64,000 nucleotides of DNA from Chara braunii (GCA_003427395.1 BFEA01000017.1:3539838-3603837); one strand, 5' to 3'; shown: positions 49,318-62,583, counted from the first letter of the stretch. Translations and numbers: made by a program. Notes: generated by a model not told the origin, from the sequence alone.

Positions 49318-49926
49318 ACAATCAATTGATTTTTTTTTTGATTTTTTTTTTTCACGCATAAAAAATCGCCCACCCAAATTTTAGATTTTTTTTTTTTTTT
49401 TGTACAGGCCTATCGCGGCCGACGTGCGCAGGCCGAGCGCGCGCGCCGATTTTGCGTGCGCGCCCCCGCCTGGGCGTGGCGCGGCCGCGGGCCTGCGGCC
49501 TAGGAGGTCGGCCGTGGATTAGGATCCTGCGGCCGCGGCCGAGGGTGCCACGTAGGAAGGGGGTATGAGATCAAGTGAGTTATGGTACGAGGACTGAAAG
49601 CCTGGACCGACGTTCCATCTATTGAGGGGGGAAGATTAGGATAGTATGTCGTTTCAGTTTTGACCCCCCGCTCTCATATTGATTAAGCTTAAGTACTGTT
49701 TAAGTAGCCTAGCAATAGGTTAGCAAGTTACCCAAGTTTTCTTAAATTTTTCAGAATCTTTTTCATAGTTCTCAGATTGTTCTTAGTCGAAGCCAGGTAA
49801 TGGCCCTCGTATCTCAAATCATTTCTTGAATCATTTGTATAATTCTATATGGGATGTTGGGCCCGGTTCCCAGCACGTGTTGCTCCCCACGGATAGATTG
49901 GAGCCTTTTGTCCCCCCCCCCAAAAA

Positions 49927-49955
<29 letters not shown>
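45012..49955 (+). mobile_element. Non-coding poly(A) retroposon copy C (~3.2 kb net): GC-rich head, two ~520-bp units, terminal stem-loop plus pseudoknot, (AAAT)n tail
   Basis: Interrupts gag with candidate TSD aaaaatt (45005-45011 and 49956-49962). Units at ~47040-47370 and 47560-47773 plus 49556-49800. Terminal motif at 49851-49904. Confidence 0.75.
47774..49555. mobile_element. Non-autonomous DNA transposon with GC-rich TIRs and an 8-10-bp TSD
   Basis: ttatgtgacactcgcggccgcggccgc ... gcggccgcggccgagggtgccacgtag. gaaggggg on both sides; removing the element restores the host unit seen at 47237-47290. Confidence 0.8.
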
Positions 49956-49957
<2 letters not shown>

Positions 49958-50250
49958 AAATTGGACACATATCTGTACACGCAGTTATGCGCAGTTACTC
50001 CCTTACCACGATTGTGTGTCGATGGCTAGTTTGTGCCTTGGAGAGTACGCTGTTAACTTTACCTTATCGTTGATGAAGGCAGTGGGTTGCTCATTGATGG
50101 TAGAGTAGTCCCAACGCACCCGCATAGAGGATTTTTGGAGGGCCCTGAAGGAAAGGTTTGAGGACAACAACCTGGCCCGGCAAACCGAGTATTTGATCCT
50201 CAACATCGGTAACCGCAGGTGGAAGAGTGTATCTGCGCTGAAGTCCATGA

Positions 50251-50593
50251 AACTGCCATTTCGTCAAAATGGACATTTTTTATTTTTTGAACGAAATTGA
50301 AACTGAGTTTTTTTGTCGAAAACTCGTCAAATTTGTTGTTCCTGAGGGTCCGGCGTTTGTAAAACGCTGGACCCCCTAGTTGTACATGGACCTAGCTTAA
50401 GATCAGGCACCTCCAGGCAGTCCTGCCAGGAGGTGCCTGGTCTCAAGCTAGGTCTATGTACAACCAGGGGGTTCAGCGTTTGTAAAATGCTGGACCATCA
50501 GGAACAACAAATTTTGACGAGTTTTCGGCCAAAAAACTCGATTTCAATTTCGTTCAAAAAATAAAAAATGTTCATTTTGACGAAATAGTCGTT
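50251..50593. mobile_element. Fold-back MITE (near-complete 343-bp palindrome) with a 4-bp TSD (ATGA)
   Basis: Arms pair almost to the centre (~50421). atga at 50247-50250 and 50594-50597; removal restores gag ..ALKSMMDEL.. Confidence 0.9.
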
Positions 50594-51967
50594 ATGATGG
50601 ATGAGTTGTCGCAGTGTCCGGACCGTGACCGTGGTCTGACCCCCATGCAGATCTTGAACAACTTTGCCAAGGCACTTCTCGATCCCCTTAGGTCCCAATT
50701 GTATGTCAAGACGGAGGACGAAGGCATGACAATGATGACATATAAGAGATTTAGTAAGGAGGTTGGAGACCAGGCCGGTTTCCTTCAAGAGGCAAATTTA
50801 TGCCATTATTGGAAAGACTTGTAGAAAGGGAACCAGTGGAAGAACAAGACCGGTAACACAGAGGGTATGACAGTCTTTTAGTCGCGTTCGAGAAAGGAGG
50901 AGTTGAGGCACTACCCTACAAGATAGACTATAGACAAGAAGATGTGGACAACGACCATGTAGACCAGGGAGGGGACTATGTGATTGTTGCAGCCCATGGG
51001 GGAGGGCAATGTGGTAGAGGAGGGGGTCGAGGTAGAGGAGGCCGAAAGAGGTGGAGGTAGAGGTGGGATCCTACATCAACCTCTGTCATTGGGCTCTTTA
51101 GACAAGAGGATCTCTGTTCAGCTCACGCTTCTATCTGTTTGTCTGAGTTTGAAGGCCTTGTAGGGCAGATGTCACTCCTACTGGCTGTTCCCTTTTGGAG
51201 ACCTATAATCAGGGCAAAAGGAAATTATGTGATTGAGGTTACCACACTCGATGCACTGGCCCACATCAATCCTCTTCTTCCATAGGCTATACGCTATATT
51301 GAGGACCTTGCAAGACTTCCCATCTGGAAGCCTTGGGTGTGTTGGATAAAGCCTTCCTGCTCTTCCTCTTCCCCCATTGAAGAGAGAACCGCGCCCATCT
51401 TGCGGGCAACCATTACCCCTACCTCCCGTGTAGTAGCTCCCATCGCCGCTAGTTCTCCAGAGGTCGCTTGCACTAGGATCTCTCTAGGTGGCTCCCTTGC
51501 AGGCATCAGTGATGAGTTGATCACTCATTGCCAAGCCTGGCCCGAAATGAAGAACAAGTCGAAGGGGCGGCTAATTATAACACATGTAGGCGCGTTAGTT
51601 GATAGTGGATCGACGTGTAGCTACGTTAGCCAAAAAGGACTGAAGAAGATGCATCTCGGCATGAAGGTTAAGAAGCTGGATGAGCCGATTGTGAGTAGAT
51701 TGACCGACAATGAAAATATGAGAGTTGAAGACTACGTCGACCAGTCGACGTGGTAAGGGCATACTTCCAGTTGGAGGGGGGGACTAAGTTGGAGAGAGTT
51801 TCGCACTTTCTGACCCTCTTAGTGGAGGACAACCTACCCTTTGATATGATTCTAGGAACAAATTGAGGAAACACTGCATACACGGTCATCAATTTGTGCG
51901 AGTATGAGTGTTGGATGTCCAACCTTGAAGGTGGGAAAAAGAAAATGCATTTCTTTCACGAGTTAAG

Positions 51968-53605
51968 TGCAGCGGTTCTTCATCAGGAAGCTCATCGTTA
52001 GGGGAGCTGCTCTTCATCAAGGAGGTCATCATTAGGGGAGTTGCTCTTCATCAGGGAGGCCATCATTAGGGGAGCGACTTTTCATCATGAAACAATGTTA
52101 TATTGTTTGTTTTGACTCTTGCAGGTTGTCATCATCTCGGTATTGCAGCTGGGCGGTTATTATCTTCATCAGCATTTTTTTTCCCTGCGATGTTGATCAT
52201 CATCATCTTCTTCATGTTGTCGTGCGTTCATAGCACATTAAAAAAAATATAAAAAAAATCTTCATTGCACAGTGCGCTGCTGTCATCATCGCGCTCTCCT
52301 AGGGCGTAGTAAATTCAATGATTCCGCATGGCGCTTCTCGCCTTCTTCACGTCGATTGTTGACATCATCAGGGTGCGGTGGGTCTTCCTCATTACTACGC
52401 TGCTTCTTCTCATTAATTCGTCCTAGGGCATTTCTCGTCGTCATCATCTCATTGAGTTTTTCATTCTCATCAGCTTCATCAACCATTATCATCATCATCA
52501 TCGTCAACCTCTCAATTCTTATTTCCCTATTTTTTTATATACTCGAGGTTGTAAAAATCCTCCCCACAAGATTGCTAACGTTGAAGGCAGGATGGAATGA
52601 GTGGGGAGAGATCTTTTTCTGCAGGGGAAACAGTGAAACACAAGGTGGGAAGTGTTTGCCTATGAGGAATAAGGGCGGACAAGAGGGACTGCACAACTCT
52701 GGGGCTGGAAGAGATAGAAGGCGGAACATCATCTACTAGCAGTGGCAGAGTAGGGCAGAGATAGCTTGAGGTAGGCTATTTGGGGGCACAACCTTCTTTG
52801 AGGGGAGTAGGGTAGAGGGAGGTTTTCCTATTGTTGGGGCTGTGAGGAACTGTTCAACAACAGAGTGGTTCTCATTAGCGGAGGCAGCAAGGGAGAGGAG
52901 GGGTGGTAAGAGGGCAAACGAGGAGGGGTGGACAGGGAAGGGTCAATCAAAATAAAATATCATCATCATCAACATCATCATCATCATTATCAGATTGGTT
53001 GTTTGCTCAGGATCCCACTATTATCAGATCCGAATTTTTAGGTTGCATTCTAGTCTAGCTGATTTCCTAATTGAGCTTTTATTGTGCTTTTGTCCAGGTT
53101 GAGTAGCATCCAGAACGACGTTGGCCGACGTTGGGGCATCGCCCTGTAAACTTCATAGGAGTTTAAGGCCTTGGATAGAGATATGGGGATTGGTGAGGGT
53201 GAAAGGCAATTACAATACTTGACCAAAGGCTACAATCTGGCAGACGAGGGTCGGCGCTGGGGTGGGTGGCACTGCCCTGTAAACCTAGCTAGATTAAGGT
53301 GTGAGACCGGGTAGAGGCTTGGTTGGTACACATTATTGGCTCGATGGAGACTGGCTGGTTGGTATGGATATCTAAGATTAGTATTAGGGTAGTATGTGTG
53401 ATCTGAGTAGATGAGCATTCTGAGTAGTCAGCATTAATCTCTAGCTTATTATCTCAATCATCCTGAAGTATTCCTGAATCATCCCAAATTTTCATCAATC
53501 ATCAATGTATTCCAATTATACGGGACGTTGGGACCGCTTCCCAGCACGTGTTGCTCCCCACGAATAGATTGGAGCAATATTAAAAAAAAAAAAGAAAAAA
53601 AAAAA
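51968..53605 (+). mobile_element. Non-coding poly(A) retroposon copy D inserted between gypsy PR and RT
   Basis: 33-bp tandem repeats at 51975-52090, CAT-rich tract, unit homology at 53100-53300, terminal motif at 53522-53575, A-tail at 53582-53605. No TSD found. Confidence 0.65.
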
Positions 53606-54482
53606 GACACTTCATCTCTTAGAGCATGAGTGTCTCCGCGCTTGCTAGGCGTGTGGTCAAGAAAGACATAATTGACCAAGTCTTCGTCGCTTATGTTAGA
53701 CCGGTGAGTGATCAGTCAAAAAGAGAGGAGAAGACACCACTCGAAGAAGAGAGGTTGCTGCGAGAGTTCGCTGATGTGGGAGAGGCACCGACTGACATTG
53801 TAGAAAGGGAAATTAAGCACCAAATCGAGATAGAGCCCAGTAGGGAAACTTTTAAAGGGTTCATTTACTGTATGTCTTCCATAGAATTAGAGGAGTTGCA
53901 TAGGCAGCTAGACGAAGTATTTGAGAAAGGATGGATAAAATCAAACTCATCTTTGTACGGTGCACCAGTTTTATTAGTGCCAAAGGAGGGCAAACTGCGT
54001 ATATGAATTGACTATAGGGAACTCAAAGCTGTTACTTTGAAGAATGTCTAACCATTGTCAAGCATCGACTATCTATTGTCAATGGATAAGTTGTAGGGCT
54101 GCAAATATTTTTTTTAAATAGATTTGAAGTTGGGGTACCACCACATAAAGGTACAACCCGAAGACCAACACAAGACGACTTTCAAAACGCGTTATGACCA
54201 CTATGAGTTTGTGGTCATGCTGTTTGGTCTGACGAACGCCCCAGCTACCTTTCAAAGATGCATGAACGCCCTCTTTAGATAAAGACTTGATAAATTTGTA
54301 GCTGTAATATTCAAATGGCATTTTGATTTTTAGCAAGACGCTAAAGGAGCATTGGCAACACGTTCATCTACTCCTAGAGAAATTGCACGACGTCAATTTT
54401 AAGTTGAATTCGAAGAGAGTGAGTGGGTCAAGCGTCAAGTGCTATATCTAGGGCATGTATTTGATGGAAATGAAACCCGATT

Positions 54483-54787
54483 ATGGAGATTGATTTGGAG
54501 GGAGGAGAAAGACTCCAGAGACTTGATGAATTTATGTTCTGAGTTATTCAAGGTGGTTTACTCTCAATTGTGATCCTTGGTTTCTTTGTGAATCTCATTG
54601 CGCTCGAAAGTCGCGAGCGACTTGGGATTGATTCAATTCAATTCTTTTTTGGTTACTAGATTTCTACTGTTCATATCTCTGTTTGGTGTGATGTGAGACC
54701 CTCTCCAAATCTGCTTTGTTATTATAGCATGTGTATGAGGACATGTTAATGCCCTGCTTCATTGCGTTCTCAATCAGCCACATAGCA
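54483..54787 (+). repeat. LTR-like dispersed repeat, related to 61245-61350 and 61955-62055
   Basis: Shared blocks ttattcaaggtggtttactctc and ccctctccaaatctgctttgt..ttctcaatcag(c/t)cacatagca. Confidence 0.55.
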
Positions 54788-56378
54788 GTTGGTATAAATT
54801 TACTATAAAAGTTGCAATAGGGTATTTCTTAAGTCTTCTTGTGAGCAAATTGTTGATCATCTTCTTCTGGAAAGTTGTTGGAGGCGGAGGAGCGGAATCT
54901 ATGCCATCTTCAAGTGTTGCAATCTGGTGAAGGAGAGGAGAGGAGGTGTCTCTTCCCATAACCAAGTTACTATGGTGTCTCCACAAGTTAAGAAGGTGAA
55001 TTAAGAATTTGGTGATTGAGTGGAAGTGAGCAGGAAGTGCATACATGAAGCTGCAAGTGGCGAGGGGTTGTAGGGAAGTGACTTTAACTTAGGGTTACTA
55101 ACCTTTCCTTCCCTCAGTGTTGGGGTAGTTTAGGGTTCTCTAAGCCTAAGCACCGTGACATTAATGCAGTTTAGGGTTTCACCACCCTTAATTGACTAAC
55201 CCTAGTGCATTGAGCTCTCAAGTGGAGGAGAACTGCATCTTTATGGGTTTCTACGACACGAGAGATAATTTTCGGGAGTTTTCAACGCACGGATAAGGAG
55301 GAATATTGATTTGAAGGACCAGGAGAGAATTGAGTTGGGTGCTGACTTACATTTAGCCAATTTGGTTATGGAGATAAGGTTTTCTGCATGGCGCTGTCAG
55401 TTTCCTGGCTCCAGAGTTAATTGGCGCTGCATCTTCAAGTCTCTATCAATGAGTTTGTCACAAACTAGCAACCGAAGTGATGCGAAGTCTATATTAGAAT
55501 TCCCTAGCTGAGCACTGGGTCTAGACTAGGGTTTCTGACTGCATGACTACGATTTATCCCTTGTTGTCCTAGTTTCAATTTGTTGTGTCATCCATACTAG
55601 TCATCTACGTTTATTTCTATCGAGTAATTTTTACAAGTGCGTTGAATCTTGCGAGTCTTATTGTAGGGTTTTGTTAGACACATAAGTCATACTATGCCCA
55701 GATTAGGTTAGCGGAAGCTATATTTAGTCAATGTTGTCCTACTCTGCTGACCAGACTCAAATCCAGCGGAGTCAAATTTGGTTTGCGCAGTGGCTCCCTG
55801 TTAGCTGTTCGGTCAGTTGATCAATTGATGATGGTTGTCAGTGAATAAGGATAAAAAAGATTTTGTTTTAAATCCATCTTAAATTTACGCTCGGTATGAA
55901 ACAGAAAATTAATGCCCTCTTGAACTTTTGTAATCTGAACTCATAAATTTTTTTTTTTCTTCACTATAAGTGTATGGCGATGGGATTCTGACCTGAGTTG
56001 ATTGGATCTGATTTTTATCTTTGGTTGCTAAATAGGGATTAGGCGGGATAAAAAGGAAATTCACTGGGTGATTTTACTTTGGTTAAGACCTTGATCTGTT
56101 CCTATAACCTCAATTCCAGTTGAAGACACTTAACACCTGCTCGCCATTAACAATATCAAAGTTAATAATCTAACTCTAACCCAATAAACAAACATCAGAA
56201 GAGAATTCATTTAGTTTGCATTATGGGTGTAAACCCTAATTTTCTGAGCTAAACAACATGGCTGATGGGACATCAGGGTAAGGATAAGAAGAAGTCTCTG
56301 ACCGAGGTGGATATACTTGATGCTGAGCTAATTTTATGAGCCAAACAACATGGCTGATGAGGCATCAAGTAAGATGCT

Positions 56379-56786
56379 GTGTAGCACACCGAACATGTCC
56401 GGCGCCCCACCGAGCAACCGAACATGTTTGCAGCCGAACATGCTTGCACGCTCGGTCGAGCGGGAACCGAACCGAACATGTTCGGCCGAGCTCAAATTAG
56501 GGGGCTGCCGAGCACGTCCTCATGTGATCATGGTGTGCGGACTGTGTGTGGGGTGTATTTGGGGTGTGTGCGTGTGTATGTGTGTGTGGTGTGTGAGTGT
56601 GTGAGTGCGTGTATGTTCAGGAGTGATGAGCAATGCCCCCCAGGGCCCCTGAAACCCGATATATATTAAAATAAAAATAAAATAAAAAATAAAAAAAAAT
56701 ATTCGGGCTCGACCTATTTTCGGCCACGTTCGGGCTCGGTACCAAGTGTTCGGTTTCGGTCACCGAGCCCGAGCGCGATGCTACAC
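56379..56786. mobile_element. MITE with 8-bp TIR (GTGTAGCA), subterminal ccgaacatg/ccgag repeats and a 12-bp TSD
   Basis: aagtaagatgct at 56367-56378 and 56787-56798. gtgtagca...tgctacac termini. Confidence 0.85.
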
Positions 56787-57399
56787 AAGTAAGATGCTCA
56801 AAAGGAAATTGAGAGGATTGGAAAGAAAAAAACAGATGCAAAACAAAGGGGAAGAGAAGTCGGGCGCAGAGGAAAATTGATTGACAACTTTTCCACTAGG
56901 GATGCCAGATCTTTTGAAGTCCATTAAAAGCTTGGAGGGTGGATACGGTTGGAAACTCTTCATAACTAGAATGTTTTCACGTCTGGGATTAATCACACTA
57001 TTGAATGCTCAGCCTATCTCGAGTACTGCATGCATTGCGTAAGAACAAACCATCAACTCCGAATCGAATATGCTTTTCAGCATTACGGTGAGCCTCACGC
57101 TTGTGTCTCAAATTTACCGGCTTGTAATTGCTAACATTATGCATAATGGAGGCCAATATCTTAAGTCATAGAGACCTGAACTAACCTCCATTTAAACCTC
57201 TCTCAAGCATCTTGCAGACCCTTTCCTCCAACATTCCCCTTCTCCTTCCTCTCCTGATCCTAAATTTCCCCCTCCTCATTCTCAAGCCCATACACCTTCT
57301 ACCTCTACACAGTTCACGAGCGAGTTTCTCTAAAAGTCAAGACCCGCCTTCCCCAAAGGGAAAACCAGCGCAGAGGACCTGGGTGTCAGTGCGAGCCGA

Positions 57400-60300
57400 C
57401 AAGAATTGCGACTCCCGAAGATGGCCTAGCCTGAGAAGTTCACCGGGAAGACCTAAAGTGCATGTCAACCCAGATTGCCCTGATGAGCTGCCCCTAATCA
57501 AACGAGGACAAGGTGAGGACCATAGTAGCTCTCCTTGCCGACGCAACCTTGAAGTGGGCCACTTCTAAGGCTAATAGGGTGGAGAGCATCTAGCAGATTG
57601 AACCTCTATTGTAGGTCTAGACCCATTATTCCAGGGTTTGGAGGAGAGGTTTGCAGATAAAAAGCGAGCCCAGAACTCCGTCCATCAGATAGCCAAAGTA
57701 TGTAATTCCAAATGACATGGATCCCTCTTTCGGCTCTATTCCGAATGAGAATCACTTACCTCTACTCCCGGTTTGACTATGTCAAAAACAGTAGATGAAA
57801 GTGGCTTGTCCGGGCAGCCCCAAAAGGGTATGCTAGGGCCTTGTATGTTGTTACCTATAAGGACTGAAGGTCCTTTGGCAAGGCAGCCCTGGACATGGAG
57901 ACCACCCTCCAGTTCGAATCTAACTCTCTGAAGAGAAACATACCCTCTTCCTAAAACCAGAGGAGAGGAAGAGGTAGATTGATTTGTTGTAATCTGAGTA
58001 TGCCTTCGCTGTGAACAAGGAGGAATGATGCCCTCAGCTGGTCAGGATGCAGGAGCCTCTCCAGATCCAATTCTCTTCACTTTGGCCCAGGTACTGAAGA
58101 GCTTCACCAAGGGCTCCAATCAGTCCAAGCGACAAGCAACTCCACTCCTAAGGGATCAAGCAAACACCCCAGTGGACCGTAGAAGCACAATCAGCCAAAG
58201 TTTGACAAGTGTCCAGCTAATCCCGTGAATCCTTTTACCTTCCCTGGAGAGATCTCATAATCAACGAAGGGGTTTTGTAGAAGAGGAGTGATGATAGGAT
58301 TTGCCTCATGTGTGCAGGGAAACACTTTGTCAAGGAGTGACCAACTTGGGGCAAGAATAGTATAAAACACTAAATAGGCCAATCGAGGTTGCAGACGCTC
58401 TTGCTAAACTGAATTCCTCTAATATTAAAGATGAATCAGCTTCTAAGCTTGAGTCCAGTCCAGCATTGACTTTTCGTTCATGTACACTAAGCCTAAGCCT
58501 CTTATTGATTAGCCCTCATCTGAGGAAAAATCTGATCAACTTTGTTTCTTCACCTTCAGTGCAGGAGAAGAAAAACATAAAGTACGGACTGATCATGTTC
58601 AAGCCTTCCGTCAACAGGACCCGTATCGAGTGTCTATTGGACTGATCGCTTGGACATGGTGCAAGATTGCAAGATCTTCAGCAAAATCAATCTGAAGTCG
58701 GATTACCACCAAATCGATATGGTTGAGAAGGATGTCCACAAGACAGCCTTTTAGACTAGGTATGGTACTACTTATAAGTAGTACCTGGTCATGCCTGTTG
58801 GACTCTGTAATGCACCAGGGACCTTCCAAATTGAAATAAACAGGATCTACAAGTTGTTCCTTCATCAATTTGCAGATGTCTATCTGGATTATGTCCTGGT
58901 GTTTAAAAAGAACGTCAAAAAACATGTGGAGCATCTGAAGGCATATTGAGTTTTCAGAGAACACAAGACCTTTGGGATTTCTTTTGTCTTGTACTTGGGT
59001 CATGTGATCTCGTCAGAGGGCCTTGCCCTTGAAGTTTCCAAGGTCGCTGCAGTTAGGGATGGTCTCAACCTTAAACAGCCAAAGATATCAAGTCATTCAT
59101 GGGATCGGCTTCGAACAATGGAAAGTTCATTTAGAACTTCTCCCCTAACTAACTTATTGGTCAAGGATGCCCCCTTCAGATGGACTCCTACATGCCAGGT
59201 GGCTTTCATTGAAGCCTTTACCCAGGCACATGTACTAAAACTGCTAGACCCTACCTTGCCCTATGTGTTGATCATACACGCAAATCAGTATAGTGTCATG
59301 AACCCCAATAGGTACATTGTATCTAAGCACCATTGAGCTTAGATCCGTGTAGTCGGCTACACCCCTTGCCTCTCTAGACTCCTTTTTCCAGATGCATTGC
59401 ATCTAATAGACTTTTTTAATCTGAACCGAGGTGGCTGCTAAACCTTGAATTAGGCTAGGGCCCTTGGTGCTCCAAAAGTTCCCCCTTTTTGGAGCCGTCT
59501 GACCGGCCTGAAGCCCGTGCAATTCATAAGTAAGAAGACTACTTTAAAAAGAAAACAAGCATCTACGAACGATCTATGCCCTTGCATGTGCCCTGAAGCA
59601 ATGGACACACTTCCTACTAGGGAGACACTTCAAAATCTATTATGATCACTCAACTTTGCAATGAACGAAAACTCAAGGGGAGTTGAATAATTAGTCCGCA
59701 AGGTATATTCTGTTCATAGACATGTTTGACTTTGAACTGCAGCACAAAAACCCACAATAGAGTTGCAGATGCACTTTCCCGCAGATCTGACACCTTTGCT
59801 GCCATTGTTCACTCTTACTCCTTCGAGGATTCCTTGAGAAAGGCCATTACAGATGTGTTGCCTGAGGATCCGATCTTCGGCCCCATCCTCGAGAATCTGC
59901 AAACAGACCCCAACTCTGAGCCAGGTTACATCTTGACTTCGGACCTGCTATACATGAGCAGCAAGGGAAAGTGTCGGTGCATCCCTGCTGACCGTCTGAT
60001 CAAGACTCTACCTACCGCCGAGTGTCATGATTCCCATGGGCATTTTGGGTCTATAAAAACTTATGCGGGTCTGGTCCAATGGCTTAACTGGTCGGAACTG
60101 AAAGAAGTTCTTAAAAACTTAGACACTTGTGAGATATGTCACACGAACAAGGTCCACAGGCGACCACCTATGGGACTTCTCAAACCGCTACCCATCCCAA
60201 ATGGTCCGCAAAAGCCAATTTTGATACACTTTACTGACCTCAGCAAGACTACCCCTCGTGGGATGAAACAGGTCATCGTTTGTGTTGTCCGTTTCTCTAA

Positions 60301-60520
60301 GTACGTGGCCCGAGGAGGTGAGAATCCCTCTCAACTGAGAGGTCTTCTTAGAGACCATCATTTCCCGACAGGCCCGCTCAATTTGGTCCACCTATCCTGG
60401 GAAAGGGATTTGAAGTGCGGCAAATCGAGGCACAGTTGGGGACTGGCCCCAACTACGAGTACCTTGTTAAATTCCTCTCCCACAAAAGCAAAAAGGCTTG
60501 CTGGCCCGCCATTCACCCCA
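57400..60520 (+). pseudogene. Degraded Ty3/gypsy (chromovirus) RT-RH-IN relic with a chromodomain remnant
   Basis: FSKINLKSDYHQI, KTAF.TRYG, MPVGLCNAP.TFQ, YLDYVLVF (58680-58900), NRVADALSR, HDSHGHFG, C..C, GLLKPLPIP, FEVRQI..EYLVKF (~60409-60500). Confidence 0.85.
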
Positions 60521-62229
60521 TGGGCACTATCAGTTTGGTGGTCCTCGCTCCCCTGGAGGGTAGGAATGCAGTGTTCTTGCAGTTTCTCAGCCGGCTGTAG
60601 CACTAACTAGAACGATTTACAATTTTTCAGAGTTACGGGTCCTTACCGGTAACTGAAGCAGGCCTAAGCCGACAGAGACGGTTCTGGAAATTCCCTAAAC
60701 TACTGGAAAAGTGGGGACCAGTGGGACCACGCCTCGTTTCAGGGCTCGAGGGACCGGTGCTTTACTTTTGCCTCAGACCAGTACCGCTGTTACTCGAAAA
60801 CACAGACCCATAACTGTTTGTTGGCTTTAGGTCCTTCCAGTGCAGTTGGCTAGAACTAAAATAGAATTGATCCGGAGAGTTCAGAGGTCTTTTGTGGAGC
60901 AGTTGTTAAGGCTGCTGGAGCAGCACTGTAGCTAGGAAGCGGCTGCTAGGGTTTCAGGCAGAAGTGAAGCAGGTGCTTCATGTGCTGAGCCTAACGACGG
61001 CATAACTGCGCTGTGGGGTTAGGCGCTTCCATATCTTCTTCTTCATGGCCGCCTCCATATCTTCTTCTCCAAGATAGAGGTTCTTTCCTCATCCTGGTGC
61101 TGGTGCTGGTGCTGGTGTTGGTGCTAGTTCTTCAGGGAGGACTCTGGCCCAGTGTTGGGACATCTGAGGGAGTTCTGGAGGCGGTGGTGATCTGCATAGT
61201 AGTGAGGCTTTGGAATTGGGCGGTGCGCCATAGCCCCGCGGTGTAGGTTGAGCTGGAGGGAGGAGAACGACCCCAGAGCCAGAGCCTTGATGATGAATCT
61301 GTGTTTTGAGTTTATTCAAGGTGGTTTACTCTCGGCGGTGATCCTTGGTGATTGCATTGGAGACACAAGCGGTTAACAGGGACACAAGGAGTTAATAGAG
61401 ACCCCTACTTTTCAGCCCTGGTTAAAACCCCCAGCACTGAAAAGTTGAAAACAGTGAAAAGCGCTGAAAACACTAAAAACTTGAAAAGTGCATTTGGGGA
61501 TAAATTTCTTCAGCTTTTTTTTTGGTGTGTTTTTTTGCCCTGTTTTATTTTTGGTCAAGGTTTGCGTGTGCTGAGTTTGGCTTTTGTTGGAGTCTTGGAG
61601 ATGACTGTTTCGGCCAGCCCTGAAAATCCTGAAAAATCCTGAAAACTGAAAAGAGCGAATTTTGCATGAAAACACAACTTTGCCTTGGGGTTTAAGGCCC
61701 TTTTGATCCATTTTCTCTACCTTTTTTTTTGTTGCTGTTGGTTTATTTGGTGTCGGCTCTATGGACTGGTGTTAAGCCTGGCTTAAAAGGTGTGGGACAT
61801 TTGTTATAATGACCCTGAAAAAAATCCTCCTGAAAATTTAGGGCTCTGTTAACTGCTTCTTGCTGGAGAGTGGCGAGGGACACTGGATTGATAGATACTA
61901 TTCAATTCTCTTCTTGGTTACTGACACTTCCGCTGAGCATATCTCTGTCTGGAATGATGTGTAACCCTCTCCAAATCTGCTTTGTCATTAGGGCATATGT
62001 GTATGCGGACATGCTGATGTCCTGTTGGATTGTGTTCTCAATCAGTCACATAGCATAGGCATGTTAAATATCCTCATTCGAAACAATGAAGGACTGATGA
62101 AATTACAACCGGCAACGCAACTCGCCTCTAACCTTAACTTCACGAACGTCTCTTTTATATTCTGATGAATCTGGTCCACCATAAATCATTCAGAGCATGT
62201 GGCTGTTCTCGTTATGCTCTAATGCTAAC

Positions 62230-62308
62230 ACACACCGACCCACGCACGCCTGCACGCAGGCACACATGCACACACCCACCCACACATCCACCCACACACC
62301 CACACCCA

Positions 62309-62351
<43 letters not shown>

Positions 62352-62360
62352 GCACGCATG

Positions 62361-62400
<40 letters not shown>

Positions 62401-62416
62401 CTTTTTCTATCAGAAG

Positions 62417-62510
<94 letters not shown>

Positions 62511-62511
62511 N

Positions 62512-62583
<72 letters not shown>
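62230..62583. repeat. Compound (CA)n/(CT)n/(GT)n microsatellite; others at 23014-23047, 38693-38777, 41012-41095, 41203-41247, 48235-48561 and 63303-63391
   Basis: Direct inspection of the sequence. Confidence 0.95.

Larger units (their letters stand above)
44400..54470 (+). pseudogene. Degraded Ty3/gypsy gag-PR-RT, split by insertions at 45012-49955, 50251-50593 and ~51968-53605
   Basis: KVDVPWTYDGKREE (~44965), FWRALKERF (~50130), ALVDSGSTCSYV (~51595), SSLYGAPVLLVPK, IDL..GYHHI, FKTRY.HYEF..FGLTNAPATFQR (53940-54260). Confidence 0.85.
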
